Of a DNA stretch of 64,000 nucleotides, positions 54,201-64,000 are shown piece by piece. Origin of the DNA: the human T2T-CHM13v2.0 reference genome, Homo sapiens. The DNA lies in the NCBI RefSeq assembly GCF_009914755.1, contig NC_060936.1, one strand, 5' to 3'. The translations under genes and the position numbers were made by a program. The notes beneath the pieces were generated by a model. It was not told where the DNA came from. It made no database searches and was given only the letters and a program-made list of their open reading frames with translations. Every line of letters starts with the position of its first letter. Positions within the stretch are counted from its first letter, which is position 1.

Positions 54201-54549
54201 ATCTGGAATGGCTTCTCACCAACATTCATCCCCAGGGTAGTAGTACTGAACTCGCCTGGTGAATCTACATAGCACCCTAACTTCTCCATTAACAACTCCA
54301 AAGACGGAAGTTGGAGCCAAGAGGAACAGACTTTGCAAAAATAAAAACAGAAGCCAAACCTGGTGCAAAGGGTTGGGAATTGGGCTGAGTAGCATGTTGG
54401 GTACACCTTCCAGAAGAACCCTGGGGAGAACCTAAAGTTTGCTGGAGCCCTCTTCCCCACCCCCGAGTTCCAAGAGGATCCACAAAGTGGGGGTGGGAGA
54501 TTTGATGGGCTGAAATCCGGTCACTCACGTCCACGGTTCTATTCAGAAA

Positions 54550-55450
54550 ACAGTTTCAAAATAAGTTAACCTCTGTAGGGCATTTTTCCCCCTCCCCTTT
54601 AAATTGTCCCCCCTTCCCCCTCCTTCTTCTCATTTGAGTCTGTTTTATGTTCCCCTGCGTTGTGCCAACTATTTTATCTTTATTCCTTCTCTTTCTCTCT
54701 TGCCATTCATTGCTTTTTTTGTGTGTGTGGCTTCTCCGGCTGATGTGCGGCTCGTTACCACCCACTGCACACTTGCTCCTGTAGCTGAGGTGTTTCTATA
54801 CAAACTCCAGCGTCCAGTTGTCATATTAATTATTACACTGAGTAATGACTGAAATGGTCAAAATAAGGGGAGACTCAAGAGCGCTTTTTCTTGCGGCTCA
54901 AAGATTCAGCAAAGAAGCCGTACAACAAAGCACTAATTGGTCCCCAGAAACACTCTGACAAGGCATGGAAGATAGGTTTCATAGAGCCCTTCGATTGTGA
55001 AGGGGGGAGAGCTCTGAATGGACTCCACGCTTCTTTTCTAAACTCTCTTGCTGAGCAAAAAATGGACCTCTGTTTGAATACTGCCCTGATCCTTGAATAC
55101 TACACCCAGCAGAGAAAAAAATGCACCATTTATTGTAAGTTTTTTTTTTCTTCTCCAGCTATTCAGGGGTTCTCTGTGAAGAATCAGCTGGTTTTGTTTA
55201 CCATGAAAGACCTTTACTTTATTTTCATTCTTGGAGGAGGTGGGGAGGAGGAGGGAAGGAAAGCCATGTGCCTAGACAGAGAGGAGCTGGCCTACTGTAA
55301 CAAAATAGAGTGTAACAAATCCTACAAAAGTTTAGAATGTATTGATTCTTTGGAGAGCTATATAGATTAACGACTTTCTTTATGCTCATCCAAGGAAGGT
55401 ATTTAATCATAATGTAAATGGGGCTTTAGAAAAAAATAAAGACTTAGCGT
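54550..55450. promoter_or_regulatory. Probable ASCL1 neural (CNS) enhancer, 6-7 kb upstream
   Basis: No recognisable repeat; SOX (AACAAAG 54924-54930), homeodomain (ATTAATTATTA 54825-54835, CTAATTGG 54933-54940), TGTCA and CAGCTG motifs; distance similar to the mouse Ascl1 CNS enhancer. Confidence 0.5.
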
Positions 55451-58400
55451 TACTTCTCCTTATTTGGAGAACTTCAAAAGGACTTGTGAGGGTGGCTGCA
55501 AATTACCTCCTCACCCCACCCCACATTCCCTCCTTATCCCAAAAGCCACAATAAAATATAGTTTGTGCTTTTTTTGTTTTGTTTTTTCAAACTTTTTTCT
55601 TTTTAAAGCATATTGAAAAAGTGAATAGATTTGTTAGAAGGCTGAATTCCTTAATGCAGGTGCAAGCCTGGCTGCTGTGACCAGGAAGCTGAGCCAAGCC
55701 AAATACATGGTTTGTGCTATTCTGCCCCCTGAGCAGGCCCTCCAAGGCTGGTGCAGAGTCAATGCAGGCTGGGCAGCAATCCTTTCTGAAATTACCTTGG
55801 GTAGGGTATTCTTAGAGGCAGTAGATTGTGCAGTAAAGTCCTTTTCATTTTCCCTGGGTAGGACAGTGTCTAGCACAGCCTTAGAACAGCAGACACCCCA
55901 GCAGGACAGAGGCCCTGTATTAATTATAGCTCCTGGAAGATGAATATTGGCTATGAATGCCAAGCACACTCACTTTTCTCAAAGCATCCATTGCTTCTGG
56001 AACTCAAGTCACCCCCAAATTGAGGATTACACTTAAAATCCTGTAACAAAATCCAGAATCCAAGACTTGTGTTCATCTTTGTATTCCCTTTGCCCCTGAT
56101 TCAGAATCTAACTAAAGTTAAAAATATAACTTTATTAAATTATTTGTCCAATGAAAATCCTAGTTTCACTTTTAATATCAATCCCTCTCCCCAAAGAGAA
56201 AGCATAAATTGGTTTTCAAAGAGATGAGTCATATCTTCTTTTTACAGAGAGACAACACACAATCAAGAGAACATACATAGGTCTTGAGCTTCAGCAAAGG
56301 TGGTACTGGCCTGGCCTTCAGCTGTGAATGGAAATTAAGGTGGCAGGAGACTCAGGGCACAGGGTCTCTGATCTCAGGGCAGCAGACCCCTTTGGCCACT
56401 AGGAAAGCCATCTCCCCCTACAGATCCTGATGCTGAATGAAGATAAAGTCTAATCTGAAGTATGGTTCAGCTCCAGAGTGTTCTGATATAGGAAAGGGGT
56501 CTGAAGGTGCAGAAATTAAGTCCCTTATTGTATTGGAGGAGAAAGAGAAGCCTTCTTATCTTTCTGCAATGTCTGTACTCTGGGTGATACTCACCAAAGG
56601 GGATCAGTGCTTTGTCCTTCCCACTCCCCCACCCTCATGACAAGACAGAACACTGAATGCTGCTATTCGGAAAAAGTGAAAAGGCAATCTCTGATATGTG
56701 GAGAGACTTGCAAAGCAAATTACCCAACAACATCTGATTTAATTCTCATAACACCCTTGACATACAGGCAAAGGGAGTACTACCACCTCATTTATGAATG
56801 AAGGTATCAAACCTTCCTTTTGTGAGTTGTTTACTTCTCCCTTCATGTGAAGATAAATGGGACATTGTTCAAGTGTCTTAGCCAACTAAAGCCCTAAGGA
56901 CTTGCTCAGAATCAGGCCCACTGTGTGGCAAGGGAGCCAAGAAAGCAGGGCCCAGTGGCTCTGCTGAAGCCCCTTGCATGTGGAGGCCACAGAACATCTC
57001 TATAGTCTATCTTACTTGCTACTTTTCATGTCTAAAAATCGGGTTACTATCTCCATCATCTTAATATGCCAGTATCACCACCATTTCTCAAAAATGACAG
57101 GAATGACTCACCCCTAGGTGCTGGGACAGTGAGACAGAGTGGCACTGGATCTCCATTGGCTGGAGTGATGATCACAGAGTGGTTCCAGGAAGCCAAGTGC
57201 TGAGGCTCCTCCTGCCACACACCCTTTCCTGGGTGGGTTGTGTGAGCATGACTTTCTTATTAATCCCTTTCTCTTTAGACCTGGGCTAGAGTGCTCTACA
57301 TACATATCATTGAAGTCTCACAACTCTTGGAGGTAGATACTATAATTACTGGCATAGGTGAAATAGAGACCCCTAGAGTGTCTCAGGGTCACACAGCTCT
57401 CAGGTAAAGGGGCCTAGATACCAAGTCAAATCAGCCTGCTTTATCTGGAATTCCATGGGCCTAGGAGAGCAGAACATGTGGCCAGTTCTCTCAGGTCGGG
57501 AGGAGGGATTATAATCTAGGTCACACAGTCAGAGGCAGGATTCTAATTTTGGCTCCTGAGCCTCCCATCTTTTGCTTCACACTGGTGAAAACAACCAGAA
57601 AGCCAATATCAATGGAAAACTCTCTTGGTAGAATCCCCAAGGATAGAAATGCAAACCTCTAAAGAAAAATTATAGACTGTTCTACCCTAGGGTTGGAGGA
57701 GAAAGTGGAGATGACAGTGTTGAGGTGCAAACTCCAGGTTTACTTGAGTGGGGGGAGGAGAACGCCTCGGTTCTTGGAAGGCTTTGCAAAGCATGTAAGG
57801 AAGAAAACTTAGCATACTAGGGTGAGAAGAGTGAGGTCAGGCTCAGGGCTGGCATAGGGAGAATAGAGACAAATGTTCTGGCGGTTTTGGCCAGAAGGAT
57901 CCCAGCAACGACTGTCCTTCCTCCTGGCCTGAGGCCAATGAGTAAGGCCACTACAAGACAAGGCTTCTTCACTACAATGCACTTCCACTCCATTTGGGCA
58001 CCCATTTCATGGTGTGTGTAGGGGGGAGGAGGAGAGGAGGTTCTGTCCTCTACTTCCCTGGTATTGAGATCTCTGTGTATGCATCCTGGAAAAGGAAACA
58101 CGTGCTGGCTACCAGCAAATTTTCTAAGCTGTTAGATACAAGTTTCAAAATTAGCTACTGTACATCCCTTGTGTGTAGATCAGAAAACTGAGGCCAGTAG
58201 AGGCAGAGGGACTTGTTCAAGGTTATAAGGCACCATTGTGGTAGAGCTCAGACTCGGGACCTTTGTGAAGTGAGTCCAAGTTAGTAGGGAGTTTGGGGCT
58301 CATGTTTCAGCTTAATGTAAAAGAAAACACATCTAGATGCTTCCACATTTGCGACACTCCCTCCCACCCCCAACACTCAACTATTTGGCTGAAATAGAGT

Positions 58401-60497
58401 GAATGGGGCATTAGGACACAGCTGGGTCATGTGGGAGGTGGGTAAGGAGTGCCTGAATAATTCCTATTTCTGCAAGTGGTCTGAGGCTTACTCTGGCTGG
58501 GAGGTGCAGGGTGCCCAGGCTGTGTTGTGACTCTGCTTTTGGGTGCTCACCTCCTATACTTCCAGAGACCTCTTAGGCCCTTTCCTTGGTCAGGGATGTG
58601 GAGAAAGGCCTGAGGTGTGAATCCCACGGGGTTCAGCCAGTCCTGTGAGGCCATCAAGCCACAGGTTACCATGGGGAGAAGGGGCTGTGTGGCTGGGAAA
58701 GGTTACAGAATTGACCTCTGTTGGCACGATTTGGTCCTATACCTCTGAAGCCTACCTATTCTGCAAAGATGAAACTGAGGTAGAGAAGAGAGGTGATTCA
58801 CTTCGGGAGCCGCCCGTCATTACTGCCCACCATCATCACTATTGTTCCAGAAACACTCAGCCAGCCCACATACCAAGAGCAGCTCCCTGGGTCATCCCCT
58901 TGGCCCTTTAGAAAGATCCACCTCCACAAAGGGGAGTTCAATTAGAACCAATTATCCGGATAATTCACCACAATCATTCCTGCACCCAGATCTCGGATTA
59001 TTTCTACTGGAAAATCAAATGGATGATTGCCCTCCACTTCGTTCTGCCTATGTAGACAAGACCTGAGACATGCCCCAGCCTCTCTCCGGACCAGATCCTT
59101 AAAGAGATGGGGCCTATTGCTTGGTCTGCTTTCTCCGCAGCGCCGCGTCCCCAGACGTCCTGAAGCTGGACGGGGTTCTGGCCAGAGAGCGCCAGGGCCG
59201 AAGGCCCAGGAAGGACGCCTGGGCAGGCGCTGTCCAAGCGGTCGAGCGACGGCTGCAAGCGCCTCCCCCTCCCTCTCGGCGCCAGCACGCGGCCCCGCCG
59301 GGCTCCGCTCCCAGTCGCCTGCCACCGGGCCGCCGGGCACACGCCTGGGGCGGGATGGTGGCTGCGCCAAGGCCGCCGAGGTGCCCGCGGCGGCGCCGAA
59401 GAACCAGGAATCCCCACCAGTGCCCTAAGCGCCATCACTCAACCCCCGCCCCGCATCTTTCTTCTCCGAGGGTCTGGGAGTATCCCAGAGCACTCCCTTC
59501 TTTATGATATCCGCTAAGCTGGTCCGGAAATAATCTTTATGGGGAGGGGGTGGCGGTAGGGGGCGATGGTACAGGGGGCCAGAGGTCATCCTAGGGGGAC
59601 GTCCCTGCCATATACACCCACCTACAGGACGGCTCACAACCACTCCTCGGTGTCGCTTCCCCGCGGCCCCCCACACACTTGCTCAGTTATGGGGAGCACA
59701 TCCTAGTTTTTAGAGCTGAATGGGACATTAGAGACCATATTCTGTGGCTGCAGACGAGGAAGCGAAGGCTCAGAGAGGATGCCACTTCGAGGAGCCACAG
59801 AGCATTGAGAGGACGCCTTGGGACTAGAACCCACGTTTTCACATAGTCCAGCACTTTTTTTCACTGTTCTGGACGGAGTCCCTCCCCCAACCATGTTTCT
59901 AAACTTCAATCGTAATTTGCTCCAATTTCTAGGGTCACCGAGGAACCCGAAGAGAATAACAGTGAGGAGAGAGAGAAAACAGGAAAAGTCGAGCCCCACT
60001 CCCTCCTCACCTCCACACCGTTCCTGTGCCATTTTTTCTGCCCAAACCCTTCCCTGCGCTTTGCTTCAAGTTCTTAGTAGAATCCAAGAGAGCTTCACCC
60101 CAAGTCTTTCCACCTATACACCTCAATTCCTAGAGCCATTTGTCCCTCCTGTGACGCCCCCCACCCCCTTCCTAAAGCCACCCCCGGCAGCAGCCCGCCC
60201 CGAGCGCGCCGCCTGTTTATTCAGCCGGGAGTCCGGCACGCGCCAGGCGCACGCACTGCAACAACAAACCCAGCTGAATGGAGAGTTTGCAAGGAGCGGG
60301 AGAAAGGAACGGGAGGGGGGGAGAGGAGAGGAGGAGGGGGAGTTTAGGGAGTGGGTGGGAGGAAGAGGTAAGAGGAGGGGGGGGAGTGGGGGCTGCAGCC
60401 GCTCGCTGCAGCAGCGGGGAGTGGGGGGCGAGGCGGGGCCAGGGCTGCGCGTGGGGCTGGGTGTCCCATTGAAAAGGCGGACGCACTCCGGCAGCCC

Positions 60498-61779
<1,282 letters not shown>

Positions 61780-61826
61780 GGGGCTCGGCCTGGTCAGGCC
61801 CTGGTGCGAATGGACTTTGGAAGCAG

Positions 61827-62185
61827 GTAGGTTGCATTTTGGGGTGGGCAGGGGGGTATTCTTGCCTTCGTCCTCCCTCTGAGTGTCTGTGGAAGTGGGG
61901 ATGTCTCCAAGGAGATAAGGGGATTTTTATTTAAAGAATTTGTGAAAGTTGGTCGATTTCAAGTCCTAGTTTGTTAGTTTCAGCACTGGCCTCTGAAAAT
62001 GGCCTTGCCCAGGTCTCCAAGGAGTGAAGGGTAGTAGTGAGGTGCAGAGATACTGGTGAACCGAATACTGGGACATGTTAAAAGAGATGTCTACCTGACA
62101 GACTCTTTCCCCAGACCTCCATCTCCCTCTACCACTAGCCTACACGTTCAAATTAACCTCTCCTGTTCTTTTCCTTATGTTATAG
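61827..62185 (+). other. ASCL1: ASCL1 intron (359 nt) within the 3' UTR
   Basis: CAG|GTAGGT donor; pyrimidine tract ctctcctgttcttttccttatgttatag| acceptor. Confidence 0.9.
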
Positions 62186-63335
62186 GGTGATCGCACAACC
62201 TGCATCTTTAGTGCTTTCTTGTCAGTGGCGTTGGGAGGGGGAGAAAAGGAAAAGAAAAAAAAAGAAGAAGAAGAAGAAAAGAGAAGAAGAAAAAAACGAA
62301 AACAGTCAACCAACCCCATCGCCAACTAAGCGAGGCATGCCTGAGAGACATGGCTTTCAGAAAACGGGAAGCGCTCAGAACAGTATCTTTGCACTCCAAT
62401 CATTCACGGAGATATGAAGAGCAACTGGGACCTGAGTCAATGCGCAAAATGCAGCTTGTGTGCAAAAGCAGTGGGCTCCTGGCAGAAGGGAGCAGCACAC
62501 GCGTTATAGTAACTCCCATCACCTCTAACACGCACAGCTGAAAGTTCTTGCTCGGGTCCCTTCACCTCCCCGCCCTTTCTTAGAGTGCAGTTCTTAGCCC
62601 TCTAGAAACGAGTTGGTGTCTTTCGTCTCAGTAGCCCCCACCCCAATAAGCTGTAGACATTGGTTTACAGTGAAACTATGCTATTCTCAGCCCTTTGAAA
62701 CTCTGCTTCTCCTCCAGGGCCCGATTCCCAAACCCCATGGCTTCCCTCACACTGTCTTTTCTACCATTTTCATTATAGAATGCTTCCAATCTTTTGTGAA
62801 TTTTTTATTATAAAAAATCTATTTGTATCTATCCTAACCAGTTCGGGGATATATTAAGATATTTTTGTACATAAGAGAGAAAGAGAGAGAAAAATTTATA
62901 GAAGTTTTGTACAAATGGTTTAAAATGTGTATATCTTGATACTTTAACATGTAATGCTATTACCTCTGCATATTTTAGATGTGTAGTTCACCTTACAACT
63001 GCAATTTTCCCTATGTGGTTTTGTAAAGAACTCTCCTCATAGGTGAGATCAAGAGGCCACCAGTTGTACTTCAGCACCAATGTGTCTTACTTTATAGAAA
63101 TGTTGTTAATGTATTAATGATGTTATTAAATACTGTTCAAGAAGAACAAAGTTTATGCAGCTACTGTCCAAACTCAAAGTGGCAGCCAGTTGGTTTTGAT
63201 AGGTTGCCTTTTGGAGATTTCTATTACTGCCTTTTTTTTCTTACTGTTTTATTACAAACTTACAAAAATATGTATAACCCTGTTTTATACAAACTAGTTT
63301 CGTAATAAAACTTTTTCCTTTTTTTAAAATGAAAA
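62186..63335 (+). other. ASCL1: ASCL1 exon 2 (3' UTR)
   Basis: Follows the acceptor; AU-rich; ends after AATAAA. Confidence 0.85.
63304..63309 (+). terminator. ASCL1: ASCL1 polyadenylation signal AATAAA (ATTAAA variant at 63125-63130)
   Basis: Canonical hexamer at the end of the AU-rich UTR. Confidence 0.85.
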
Positions 63336-63511
63336 TAATCAGCTGACTCTAAGCTTTCTTTGACTCTGATGCCCCTGGTCCAGTTTTATGAAAATGTCAA
63401 AGGGAAGAGGTGGATGGAGAAGAAAATGTTGCAAAACATGCTAAGTGGCAGAAATGACAATGATAAGTGCTATGGCCAGTCCCATCCAAATGGTTTCTTT
63501 ATGATGAATGA

Positions 63512-63513
63512 GT

Positions 63514-63551
<38 letters not shown>
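63512..63551. repeat. (TG)n microsatellite downstream of ASCL1
   Basis: Read directly. Confidence 0.9.
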
Positions 63552-63553
<2 letters not shown>

Positions 63554-64000
63554 ATGTATATATGTTTTCTTTCTATCCTATGCTGCAAATGTACATGCCC
63601 ACCAAAAAGAATAGATGGCTGCATTATCCTTTGATCAAAATTTAAAATCCCCCAAAAAAGTGAACCAGAAAGAGAGGGTCCTCCACCATTTTCCAATTCT
63701 CAACTCCATTCTGAGTTTCTCCCTGTGAAACTATGGTGGGGCTGGATGAAATAATGGAGACTAGGTCTGGGTGGGGAGGATGGTGGTTCTGGGATGGGGG
63801 TTGGAGAGGCATCCCTCTTCACATACAAGCTCCTAGTGGTGAGTATGTTTCTCTTCCCTCACTTCCAGGCATACATTTTCTACTCATTTTCTCCAATACT
63901 CCTACTTGCTATATTGATTTTAAGTAAGAGGCATATATGATATGAATTCATTCCAAACGGATTGAGATTTTAATTAAAAAAACGCATTAGAAATGTGTGG

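Noticed and set aside
59226-59235. REST/RE1 site (GGCGCTGTCC; also TTCAGCAC near 60702)
   Set aside because: Only isolated half-sites ~1.5 kb apart; no full 21-bp RE1

Overview
Human genomic DNA, the chromosome 12q23 PAH-ASCL1 interval; an AluYa5 with all five diagnostic bases points to human. PAH (phenylalanine hydroxylase) is on the minus strand: coding exon 1 is at 19894-19953, exon 2 at 15614-15721, and 1-15613 is intron 2 (exon 3 lies left of the window). ASCL1 (proneural bHLH factor, 236 aa, Ala13/Gln12) is on the plus strand: CDS 61069-61779, a 3'-UTR intron at 61827-62185 and a poly(A) signal at 63304. The ~40 kb between them is mostly transposon-derived, including a 14-kb nest (L2 > full-length L1MA > THE1 + L1PA15/16) with intact target-site duplications. 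It also holds a probable liver enhancer (~23.3 kb), CTCF-like sites (20.5 and 51.85 kb), an orphan CpG-rich promoter-like block (53-54 kb) and a probable ASCL1 neural enhancer (~54.5-55.4 kb). The most interesting signal is a sense-antisense link between the genes. The PAH 5' UTR contains a strong splice acceptor (20049-20070), and ASCL1 exon 1 contains an antisense donor (61019/61018). Joining them gives a PAH mRNA that starts inside ASCL1 and may carry (CUG)12. Its only upstream AUG is the antiparallel mirror of the ASCL1 start codon; it is in frame with PAH and blocked by a single TAA. No tools were used: repeat subfamilies and transcription-factor sites are called by eye.
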